Source: Octopus sinensis
Taxonomy: Eukaryota
Assembly: GCF_006345805.1 (NCBI RefSeq)
Contig: NC_043001.1
Span: 125,612,001 to 125,676,000 of the forward strand
DNA: 64,000 nucleotides
Direction of reading: 5' to 3'
The position numbers and the translations under genes are program-made. This document shows positions 12,312 through 22,689 of this stretch, piece by piece. Below the pieces are notes generated by a model. That model ran no database searches and was not told the DNA's origin. It saw nothing but the letters and a program-made list of their open reading frames with translations. How positions within the stretch are numbered: position 1 is the stretch's first letter; every line of letters starts with the position of its first letter.

Positions 12312-12708
12312 CTTGTATTTGTCTCAGTTATTAGACTGCGACCATGCTGGAGCACCATCTTGAAGAGTTTTAGTCAAAGAAATCAACCCCAACACTTTCT
12401 TTTTTTCTCAAATCTATTCTATCAGTCTCCTTTTTCTGAACTGCTAAGTTACAAGGATGTAAATAAACCAACACTGGTTGTTAAGCAGTGATTGGAGACA
12501 AACATAGACACATACACATAGATATAAATATATATATATACAGACACTTGATGGGCTTCTTTCAGTTTCCATCTGCCAAATCCATTCTCAAGGCTTTGGT
12601 TGGTCCGAAGCCATAGTAGAAGACACTCACCCAAGTTGCCACACAGTGGGACTGAACCCAGGACCATGTGATTGGGAAGCAAACTTCTTACCACACAGCC
12701 ACTCCTGC
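12312..12708 (-). mobile_element. SINE family A
   Basis: Reverse complement of family A head, body and tail. Confidence 0.85.
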
Positions 12709-13080
12709 ACCTATGTTCTTCTTTTTGAGCAAGTGCATACGTTATCTAGAGAAAAGGCCTTTGAAAGGCCTTTCCTCACTTCAGACACAGGCATTGTTTG
12801 ATTTTTAGCAGCTTTATTATGCGTTGCATATTTTAGTTTGTCTTAGCCAAAGAAGCACAAAACACACAGGAAAAAATTCCCAGGTGGAATGAGGAAATCT
12901 ATAAGAATGGGTGGGAAGCTCCCTGAACACCTATTGCAAAAGGCATCCATTGTTTACCATTCATGTGCAAAAGAGACTAGGTTTTTAACAGGATTGAAAA
13001 GCCAGCCACATCCATGCTACCCATGTTTAAGAGAAAAATTAAATAACATAGCATTGCTCAAAATTTAGTCATAGCCACAT

Positions 13081-13562
13081 CATCATCATCATTGTTCGAC
13101 CGTGGTCGAGACAATGGAATTTACCATGCTACGCCAGACTTCACGGTCCATCATAGCATTACGGAGGTCCTGTTGCTGGATGCCTGTATCCTTGGAGATT
13201 ACATCAGGGTAGGAGAGTGTGTGTCCTCTGGTATTGCGAGTAGATGGCTTCCAGAGGAGAAGAGTAGAAATTGCCTCGTTTTCAGCCCTACAACAATGTC
13301 CAGCAAACTGGACTCTCCTACCCTTCACAAGAGATGACACAGGTGGTAGTTTCCCATATATTTGCATTTTGGTTGGATGACGCTTCCACGAGAGATTTTG
13401 AGCACTCATAAGGAGGCGAGTGTAGGTTCCATCCAACCGCCTCTCAAGCTTCTTTAATAACGTCCAGGTTTCTGAGCCATATAGTAGAATTGGTTCGACT
13501 GTGGCTTTGAAGATTTCAAGTTTGAAGTGTCTACTTAAATTTGATGACCAGATCTTATGCAT
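13081..13562 (-). mobile_element. 5'-truncated RTE-clade LINE with intact C-terminal reading frame
   Basis: ILLYGSETWTL..RLDGTYTRLL..NLSWKRH..RRVQFAGHC motifs of RTE post-RT region; (TGA)n tail; 13-bp TSD GTCATAGCCACAT at 13068-13080 and 13563-13575. Confidence 0.9.
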
Positions 13563-13915
13563 GTCATAGCCACATTGCATGTATTCATGTTTGTATGTGT
13601 AAGTATATATATATATATATCGTTCATCATCATCATCATCATCGCTAAACGATGATGATGATGAACGATGATGATATAATTATAACAATGAGGGTCTTTG
13701 CAACAGGTTGCTAGACCACATACCTGAAGTATTAGAAATAGCAGCCAGAAGACTGTTATTTCTTTTACTACAAAAATATGTCCCACAGACAACAGTATCT
13801 GTAACTCACTATGGCAAAAAAAAACGAAGAAAAATAACGAAATCAAACAGTCTCCGGTCAATTATGGACGTATACGTTTCTATATTAGAATCAGAGATTC
13901 ATTTCCTTCATCAAC

Positions 13916-13966
<51 letters not shown>

Positions 13967-14302
13967 GCATGTGTATACATGCATGTTTGTTGTTGGTGTT
14001 ATTTAGCCCTAGGTAAATATTGATCATGCAGATCTATTTTCAAAAGCACTCCAGCCATTACAATCCCATCCTTTATTTTCAGACATATTCATCTGAAACT
14101 AAATTATCCAAGATGCCTCTTTAAGATGATAGGGTGTAATTGTAGGAAAATTGCGGTTGCCATTTCTAGCAGACCCAGCAACACAATAAAGTTTCTTTAT
14201 TTATTTACTGATTTTTCCCTCAGCTCAATTATATTTGCTTGAATCTACTATGTTTTAGTTTATATTTATAAATTTTGCTTCTATCAACTACATACATGTG
14301 TA

Positions 14303-14341
<39 letters not shown>

Positions 14342-14359
14342 TTATATAGATGGATAGAT

Positions 14360-14510
14360 AGATAGATTCTGTCAAGGTTGTCTTTGCTTTTCATCCTTTT
14401 GGGACAGGTGGTTGTCAATAAAATAAGTACCAGTGGAACAATGGTGTCAAAGTAATTGACTACTTCAATCACCCAAATTTTCAAGTTTTGTGCTTATAAT
14501 GGATTAGAAA
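14360..14510 (+). mobile_element. SINE family C, 3' part
   Basis: CTTTGCTTTTCATCC..AAGTACCAG..AAATTTTCAAG..TTGTGC. Confidence 0.7.
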
Positions 14511-14623
14511 TTGTTTCTTTGTTTTTTGGGGGTTTTTTTCCTATTTGCAAGTCACAGCAGACACATCACATACATTCATACATAAATGTATGTATGCGTG
14601 CATATGTATATATATATATATAT

Positions 14624-14700
<77 letters not shown>

Positions 14701-14722
14701 CATACACACACACATACACATA

Positions 14723-14941
14723 TCTGGCAGAAACGTTAGCACGCCGGGCGAAATGCGTAACCGTATTTCGTCTGTCGTTACATTCCGAGTTCAAATTCCG
14801 CCGAGGTCGACTTTGCCTTTCATCCTTTCGGGTCGATAAATTAAGTACCAGTTACGCACTGGGGTCGATGTAATCGACTTAATCCCTTTGTCTGTCCTTG
14901 TTTGTCCCCTCTGTGTTTAGCCCCTTATGGGTAGTAAAGAA

Positions 14942-14943
<2 letters not shown>
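14723..14943 (+). mobile_element. SINE family C, young tail type
   Basis: CpG-rich near-consensus copy; tail TTTGTCCCCTCTGTGTTTAGCCCCTTATGGGTAGTAAAGAAAT. Confidence 0.9.
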
Positions 14944-14990
<47 letters not shown>

Positions 14991-15060
14991 TCATCATCAT
15001 TCTTTAACATCTGTTTTCCATGCTGGCATGGATTGGAAAGTTTGACCAGAGGTACTAGAC
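14991..15060 (-). mobile_element. Family D 3' fragment
   Basis: (CAT)n-TTTAACATCTGTTTTCCATGCTGGCATGG. Confidence 0.7.
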
Positions 15061-15531
15061 ATAAGTTATTCATTTTAATGTCTAATATCTAACTAACATA
15101 CATACATAGGTACATACATGCATACATACATACATACATACATACATTCATACATACAGGCATACATACATACATACATACATACATACATACATACATA
15201 CATGCAGTTGCATACGTGCATGTGCGTGTGTTTAACAACCCATTAGATAGTAACACCTCTGCTACCACTGCAGAAAACAACTGCCAATACTACAAAGCAT
15301 TACGTAATTATCCAAAATTCAGGTGAATAATGAAATTTCTTAAAGCACAATATAAAAAAGATAACTATCTGTATCTGACAGATTAAACTGGATGGTGGGA
15401 TGTAGTAAGGAATCACTGTTAAACACACTGTAATTAATTAGTTTATTAATGAATTTATTTGGGTTTTTTTTTTCCTTTTATTTCCATTTGATGAACTGTT
15501 CTGGTTTATCGTATTATTAATTTATTGATGC

Positions 15532-15565
<34 letters not shown>

Positions 15566-15618
15566 CTCACAGACACAAACACACTCATGTATACATACAT
15601 ACATGCATGCATATGCCC

Positions 15619-15843
15619 AAGTAAGCACATAAATGTGAAACAAGGTGGGAAGAAATAGTACTTGAATACCAGAGGTAGAGTAATATGCTTTATTATTAAA
15701 GCTGCAAAAACGTCACAAGAATATCGCAAAACCTGCTACTCAGAGTTTAACATTCCTGTTCATCAGGCACACAACTGCTTGATGAACAGCTACATGAAAC
15801 TCTGAGTAACAGTTTTTTCTGATATTTTTGTGATGTTTTTACA
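15619..15843. mobile_element. Fold-back element family P1 (Penelope-like terminus) with hammerhead-like motifs
   Basis: Imperfect inverted arms centred near 15772; minus strand 15770-15732 reads GTGC CTGATGA ACA GGAA TGT TAAA CTCTGAG TA GCAG; unique flank shared with 21416-21490 and 49855-49925. Confidence 0.7.
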
Positions 15844-15883
15844 TATATACGTATGTATATACATACATATATATATATTTTTT

Positions 15884-16225
15884 TTTTCCAGAGTGGTCTG
15901 TTTTTTTTGCCGAACCTCAAAAAGTGTGACATTGACTTCACCAACTGGGAGGAATCGGCAAAAAACAGACCACTCTGGAAAACCACTATCCATGAGGGAA
16001 CGGCGAATTTTGAGTTGAAAAGGTCTGCAGAGCTGGAGGAGAAAAGACGACGACGGAAAGAGCGCCAACAACAACCACGTGCGACTCTCCCTTCTAGCAC
16101 TAGATGTCCGCACTGTGACCGATCTTTTCGAGCAAGAATTGGTCTTATCAGTCACCTGCGGACTCACCAATAAATTTGTGCAAAGACCATCATCCTCGAC
16201 CTTGAGGGATTGCCATAGTAGTAGT
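15884..16225 (+). mobile_element. RTE (BovB/Expander-like) LINE 3' fragment with C-terminal zinc-finger motif
   Basis: NLKKCDIDFTNWEE..CPHCDRSFRARIGLISHLRTHQ* ending 16173; short 3' UTR and (TAG)n tail; inserted in (TA)n. Confidence 0.9.
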
Positions 16226-16413
16226 ATATATATATCAAAAATAAGAGTGAAAAAATTGGATATTAATTTAATAACATCAATTTAACACCAAGTGGTTTAG
16301 CACATAAAAACTGGGATACAGTAAAAATTAATACACAAATATAAGAGAGGGTCCACTATGTGGACGCTCTTGCGCTAAAAATAGATCCGCAATGGTCTCA
16401 ACCACCAACAAAT

Positions 16414-16650
16414 CATCATCATCATCATCATCCTCATCTTTAACATCTGTTTTCCATACTGGTATGTGTTGGATGGTTTGACCAGAGCTGGCAAGCAAGA
16501 GTGCTGTACCAGGTTCCAGTCTGATTTAGTTTGGATTCTATGGTTGGATGCTCTTCTTAATGCTAACCACTTTACTATATGTGCTGGGTGCTTTTAACAT
16601 GACATGAGCACAAGCGCTTTGACGTGGCACCAGCACAGGGCTCTAGCAGA
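16414..16650 (-). mobile_element. Family D retroposon
   Basis: (CAT)n tail on plus strand, GGATGCTCTTCTTAATGCTAACCAC motif. Confidence 0.75.
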
Positions 16651-16811
16651 TCAATCCTCTTATCAGAAGGAGTGACATTAACACTCCTGCTGTGGGGGAC
16701 GGGTCTTCTTGAGTACAACAAAGTACCAGATATCTCTGTCCTTTGTCATCTCCTCCATAAGGTTCAATGTCCTGAGGTCGTCCTTCAGTACTTTGTCCTA
16801 TCTCTTCATGC

Positions 16812-17035
16812 ATGGCATGGTGGTCAGAGTGTTACGGTTATGATCGTAAGATTGTGGTTTTCAATTCCTGGACATTGTGTTTTTGAGTGAAACCCTTCAT
16901 TTCATATTACTCAGTCCACTCAGCTAGCTAAAATGGGTAATCCTGGGTAATCAGCATCCCTCCCAGTAGGAGAATATATACCACACAGAATCCAGGAAAC
17001 TGACCTTATAAGCCTGTGGTGCGGGAAGAGAATTT
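16812..17035 (+). mobile_element. SINE family E
   Basis: GATCGTAAGATTGTGGTTTTCAATTCCTGGAC head, CATCCCTCCCAG..GGAAACTGACCTTAT body. Confidence 0.7.
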
Positions 17036-17045
17036 CCTTTTATTT

Positions 17046-17102
<57 letters not shown>

Positions 17103-17108
<6 letters not shown>

Positions 17109-17396
17109 ATTACGTGACCGACCAGACCATCAGATGTTGTTACACATCACTGGTCACAATGCGTTTGCATTGTTTTAGCCTTTGAATGACGCCCCCCCGC
17201 TGGCTAAGCGAGCAGGCCAACAGAAGAAAGAGTGGTGAACGAGTACAGCAGGGATCGCCACCACCCCCTGCCGGAGCCTCGTTGAACTTTTAGGTGTTTT
17301 CACTCAATAAGCACTCACAACGCCTGGTCTGGAATCAAAACCGCGATCCTACGACCGTGAGTCCACTGCCCTAACCACTTGGCCATTGCGCCTCCA
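17103..17396 (-). mobile_element. SINE family B, tail type 2
   Basis: Same tRNA head as 858-1230 but tail ending GGTCACGT(A/G)ATCACGTG; matches 53735-54035. Confidence 0.9.
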
Positions 17397-17434
17397 TATA
17401 TATATATATGTATATGTATATATATATGTATATA

Positions 17435-17483
<49 letters not shown>

Positions 17484-17491
17484 TATATATC

Positions 17492-17525
<34 letters not shown>

Positions 17526-17544
17526 ATATATATATGTATATATA

Positions 17545-17585
<41 letters not shown>

Positions 17586-17586
<1 letters not shown>

Positions 17587-17673
17587 GAGGTGCAATGGCC
17601 AAGTGGTTAGGTAGCGGACTCGCAATTGTAGGATCGCGGTTTCGATTCCCAGACCGGGCGTTGTGAGTGTTTA
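17586..17673 (+). mobile_element. SINE family B head only
   Basis: GGAGGTGCAATGGCCAAGTGGTTAG..GGTTTCGATTCCCAGACCGGGCGTTGTGAGTGTTTA, truncated by (TA)n. Confidence 0.85.
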
Positions 17674-17971
17674 TATATATATATATATATATATATATCA
17701 TTTTATATACATAGGATTTAAATGCGAGCTTTCATACCTTGTGTAGCATGCTGTGAACAATCAAGTAATCATTCAGGCTCCGATAATAGAAAAAATAGAA
17801 TACTATACACATACATACTCACACATACATATATATACATGCAGGTAGATAGATAGCTATGTATGTGAACATTAAGCATTAACAAAATTTTGAAACGTGT
17901 GTGTGTGTGCAGGAGTGGCTGTGTGGTAAGTAGCTTGCTTACCAACCACACAGTTCCGGGTTCAGTCCCAC

Positions 17972-18288
17972 TGCATGGCACCTTGGGCAAGTGTCTTCTA
18001 CTATAGCCTCGGGCCGACCAAAGCCTTGTGAGTGGATTTGGTAGACGGAAACTGAAAGAAGCCCATCGTATATATATATTATATATATATATGTATATAT
18101 ATGTGTTTGTGTGTCTGTGTTTGTCTCCCCAACATCGCTTGACAACCGATGCCAGTGTGTTTACGTCCCCGTTACTTAGCAGTTCCAGCAAAAGAGACCG
18201 ATATAATAAGTACTGGGATCGATTTGCTCAACTAAAAGGCGGTGCTCCAGCATGGCTGCAGTCAAATGACTGAAACAAGTAAAAGAGA
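17972..18288 (+). mobile_element. SINE family A
   Basis: Full family A structure. Confidence 0.9.
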
Positions 18289-18298
18289 GAGAGATATA

Positions 18299-18565
18299 GT
18301 GGGGTGGATGGCTTAGTGGTTAGGGTGTTTCACTCACAATTGCAAGATCATGGTTCAATTCCTAGAGCAAAGCACTTTATTTCATGTTGCTCTGCGATCA
18401 TTTCATCAACTAACATATAGCTCATGGTGCACCTGTACAGGTAATGTCGATTTGATGGAGGGAGTGAGCTTATGTGTACACAAACATTTCATCACTATAA
18501 ACAAATCATGTGTGGTTGTTCAGCAAGAAATTGCCAAACCCTTATACGTCATCTAATGATGGGAG
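18299..18565 (+). mobile_element. SINE family E variant
   Basis: GGCTTAGTGGTTAGGGTG head; tail GATTTGATGGAGGG..CACTATAAACAAATC shared with 23778-23995. Confidence 0.7.
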
Positions 18566-18590
18566 AGTCCATAATATATATATATAATCA

Positions 18591-18826
18591 AAATAAGCAA
18601 CAAGGATATCCAAAGATAGTGCAGTACAATCGTTTCATGCTACTTCATTTAATTAAACAATGTAAGTATTACATCAGTTTTAAAATGGAATACGTATAAA
18701 AATGAATATCGTGCCTGAAGATTGCTCTAAATTTTAAAACTGATGTAATACTTACATTGTTTAATAAAATGAAGTAGCATGAAACGATTGTACTGCACTA
18801 TCTTTAGATATCCTTGTTGCTTATTT
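18591..18826. mobile_element. Fold-back element family P2 with hammerhead-like motif
   Basis: 96-bp arms (18591-18686, 18731-18826), 2 mismatches, 44-nt loop; plus strand CTGAAGA (18715-18721) ... GAAACGATTGTA (18781-18792). Confidence 0.75.
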
Positions 18827-18835
18827 AAAAAAAAG

Positions 18836-19214
18836 AATAATAATAATAATGAAATTATTGTATACAGTGCTCAGGTGCACCACAACTTGTCAGAAAGTGC
18901 ATATAGAGTATATGCAGTAATGTACAAATGTCTGGAAAGCGAACAATGCATGAGTCAGATACATGCTTGTGTGTGTATGGAGGGGAGAAAATCAGGTGTA
19001 GTGTTGGCGAATCTCAGAAAGCATGGAAGTTTTGAAGGATGCAGCGCTCCGACAACTAACAACTGATGCCGGCAGTTTGTTCCATACTTCAGCAACTCTC
19101 AGCATGAAAAAATGTTTCCTATAGTCATGGGAGCTGTGCTGTTTTCTGACTTTGTAAATATGTCCACGGGTGTTAGACGGGTGGAGTTTGAAAAGGTGCT
19201 CGGAGTTATTGTTT
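18836..19214 (-). mobile_element. CR1-clade LINE 3' fragment
   Basis: Matches 34148-34525; (TTA)n tail on minus strand. Confidence 0.85.
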
Positions 19215-19491
19215 TGATTATAATCACCCCATTTGATTTATATTGATAATACCATACTAAATTCTGGTGCCTTTAACTTAAGTACCATATTCATCTGAAT
19301 CTAAATTTTTACTGAACTTATTTATATATATATATATATATATATGTAAGAAGGTGAATGAATTATCCTAGTATGGATAATTCGGTTAACCGATACCTGG
19401 GTAGCAAATTCACGTCAGAAAACACGGTTGAAGCTATATGCCAAGGGCAGGGATCCCGTGTTCTCATGTGTAAATTTGTGTGTTTTTTAAC

Positions 19492-19657
19492 TATGAATAA
19501 ATGAAAGAATGGAGTCGAACGACGATTTTAACAAAATTCCTTTACTGTTGACACATGTTTCGAAGGCTTCGGAATTAGGAATATGCAGCCTTCGAAACAT
19601 GTGTTGAGAGTAAAGGAATTTTGTTAAAATCGTTGTTCGACTCCATTCTTTCATTTA

Positions 19658-19663
<6 letters not shown>
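19492..19663. mobile_element. Fold-back element family P3
   Basis: 77-bp arms, 4 mismatches, 18-nt loop; GAAACATGTGT(C/T) half-core in each arm; partial copy at ~20408-20430. Confidence 0.75.
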
Positions 19664-19700
<37 letters not shown>

Positions 19701-19945
19701 CTTTTATTGAAGCCCAAAAAATCTTCACAAACTGTTACTCAAAGCTTCACATTGCCATTCATTGGACAATTGTGATCATGCTAAAATAAAATTTTTTGTT
19801 TTAGTATAATCACAACTGTCTGACAAAGAGTAAGGTGAAACTCTGAGTAACAATTTGTGAAGGTCTTTTCTGCTTTAATAGAAAGCAAATCTTCTTTATT
19901 TGAGTACAATTTTTTTCCACCTTATTTTGCATTTACATGCTGACT
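19701..19945. mobile_element. Fold-back element family P1, degenerate
   Basis: Inverted arms with CTGT CTGACAA..GAAACTCTGAGTAACA; P1 flank TTGAGTACAA..CCACCTT. Confidence 0.7.
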
Positions 19946-20367
19946 TGTGTGTGTGTATGTGTATGTGTGTGTGTGTGTACAGTAGGTGAATTATGAGCAA
20001 TAGAATGAAGTACAAAGCTTCAGGTTTCAAGCAGCAACCTTTTGCAAGGAAACGTTACCAACACAGTCCATACCACTACCATAACAACCACTACTACTAT
20101 TACTACCACTACTGTTACTACAAGTACTGCCATCCTCGAACTCTGCTGATTATCCTCTATAGAACTTATATTGACATGTTCTGGGACTTGTTGGATATGA
20201 GATGTAATTAATTTTGTTAAGATTAAAGCTACTTGCTGCCATCTTTCAAGTGAGACTTCAGTATATGTGATATTTCTTTTGAGAAGTTAGGAATACATGA
20301 AATACAGTTATAATTATGTGTTTGAAAAAGATGGAGAGTGCATTTATGTAGGTTACATATATATAAA

Positions 20368-20411
<44 letters not shown>

Positions 20412-21193
20412 GAAAGAATGGAGTCGAATTTTCCATGCTGACGCTAAACATAGGATAATCATTCACCTACTTAAATATTCTTATATATATATATATAATA
20501 TATATATACATATATATATATACATAACCCATGCTAGCATGGAGAACGGTCGCTAAATGATGATGATGATGATGATGACATATATATGTGTGTGTGTATA
20601 TATATATATATATGTATGTATATATATATACACACATATATATATATACATATATATGTGTATATATATATATGCATGTATGTATGTATATACACACACA
20701 CACACACACACATATATACAACACACACACATATATATAGATATACATAATATGTATTCATGCATATACATAGATATGCAAATATGTATATATATATATA
20801 TATATTATATACATACACACACATGTGTATGCATATAGATATATATATGAGTCTGTTTGTGTAGTTTAAAGAGAGCAGCTGGATAGTTATTTTTTGTGTG
20901 TAAAACACCAAAATGTTCTCAGTATGCATTTGTAAGAAGTCTCATAGAATATCATGCAGGTGTGTATGTGTGTGCATTTTGTAATTGCTGTACTATGGCT
21001 TCAGAGTGGTGTCCAGGTATTAGGACACAGTGATGATCTTCAGCAGATAACCACAATAGTTGATCACTGAAGGTTGCAATGTCCACACCAAATACCTGGA
21101 CACTTGCATGGAAAGATGGTATGGATGTAATAACAGTCCTGCCTATATATATATGTGTGTGTCTGTGTATATATATGTATGTATGTATGTATG

Positions 21194-21224
<31 letters not shown>

Positions 21225-21242
21225 GTATATATATATATAATA

Positions 21243-21485
21243 CTTTATTTAAAAGCAGCAGAAATTCAACAAAACCTGTTACTCGGAGTTTCACGTTCCC
21301 GTTCGTCGGACAGTTTTGTTAAAATCGGTTCTATTTTAACAAAACTGTCCGACGAACGGGAACGTAAAACTCTGAGTAACAGGTTTTGTTGAATTTCTGC
21401 TGCTTTTAAATAAAGCATATTACTCTACCCTTGGTATTTGAGTACTCTTTTTTCCACCTTGTTTCACATTTATGTGTTTACTCCA

Positions 21486-21490
<5 letters not shown>
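21243..21490. mobile_element. Fold-back element family P1, youngest copy
   Basis: 83-bp arms 21243-21325 and 21333-21415, 2 mismatches, 7-nt loop; P1 flank to ~21490; (TA)n on both sides. Confidence 0.8.
21276..21313 (-). ncRNA. Minimal hammerhead ribozyme candidate (U4-to-C variant)
   Basis: CTGT CCGACGA ACG GGAA CGT GAAA CTCCGAG TA ACAG: helices I, II, III all pair; only deviation from the canonical core is CCGA instead of CUGA. Confidence 0.55.
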
Positions 21491-21565
<75 letters not shown>

Positions 21566-22072
21566 CACCTGCTTGTTGTTCCTACACCTGTCTTTTTTTT
21601 CCGTAAATTTGAACTATATATACATATATATATATCGAGAGAGATAGTTTCCCTAGTGATGGCAGCTATTACATGAGAGATAATCACTTCTTGATAATAT
21701 CTGGCAGGATTAAAAATTTGAATTTGGAAAAGGAATTATGAGGAATTTTTTTTTACTCATTATGAAGTTCTTACACTTTCTCTCTGCTGGTAATCATCTA
21801 CAACATTATTTCATCATACATACATACATACACACATGCCTGCATGCATGTATATGTATGCATGCATGTATGTATGTATACACATACATGTATAGATGTT
21901 TTTAAATATTCTCTTTTTAAGCCAGAACAATACAATTTATAAAAATAAAATAGGCTGATAGTTTTACCAGGTATTTCAATATTTCTGGGTTAGGACACCC
22001 CCCACCCCACCAGCCAGAGGCTCTTCCTGTTGGCAACTTGCTTTTTCAAGTAAAGGACTTTTTATTCCACAG

Positions 22073-22138
22073 GTCTTCAAAAAACAATGATTCATAATTC
22101 CAAGGAATTCAAGCGGTGGGATATCAACATTCACACAG
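22073..22138 (+). other. Candidate 66-nt internal exon (unverified)
   Basis: Acceptor CTTTTTATTCCACAG|G, donor CAG|GTAGAA, open phase 1-1 frame LQKTMIHNSKEFKRWDINIHT; no recognised homology. Confidence 0.2.
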
Positions 22139-22195
22139 GTAGAAATATGTATACATACATACATGCCTACAAGTATATTTATATAGGTATACGTA

Positions 22196-22418
22196 GAGAA
22201 GGTGGTGAGCTGGCCGAATCATTAACACGCCAGGTGAAATGCTTAGCGATATTTCGTCTGCCGTTACGTTCTGAGTTCAAATTCCACCGAGGTTGACTTT
22301 GCCTGTCATCCTTTCGGGGTCGATAAATCAAGTACCAGGTACACACTGGGGTCGATGTAATCGACTTAATCCGTTTGTTTGTCCTGTCTGTGTTTAGCCC
22401 CTTGTGGGTCGTAAAGAA
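22196..22418 (+). mobile_element. SINE family C, young tail type
   Basis: 13-bp TSD ATAGGTATACGTA at 22183-22195 and 22419-22431. Confidence 0.9.
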
Positions 22419-22689
22419 ATAGGTATACGTATATGTGTGTGTGTGTGTGTATCAATAAAGAAGAATGTAGTCAGGATTTGGATAAATACTATTTCTTGAG
22501 TGCTTTCATCCCCTTCAAGGATTCATCATGAATTATGGGCTGTTGAAATTTTTTCCTTTTTGTACATGGGATAGTTGAAAAAGATCAAGAGTTAAAACAG
22601 AGCCAATGTAGTCAACTTACTCCTTCTCCAGAAAAATTTCAAGCCTTGTGCCTTTAGTAGGAAAAATTTATTATTATTATTATTATTTG

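Noticed and set aside
18583-19226. 8-bp direct repeat TATAATCA bracketing the fold-back plus CR1 fragment as one transduced unit
   Set aside because: A short AT-rich match is likely by chance, and CR1 normally needs its own tail at the 3' end.
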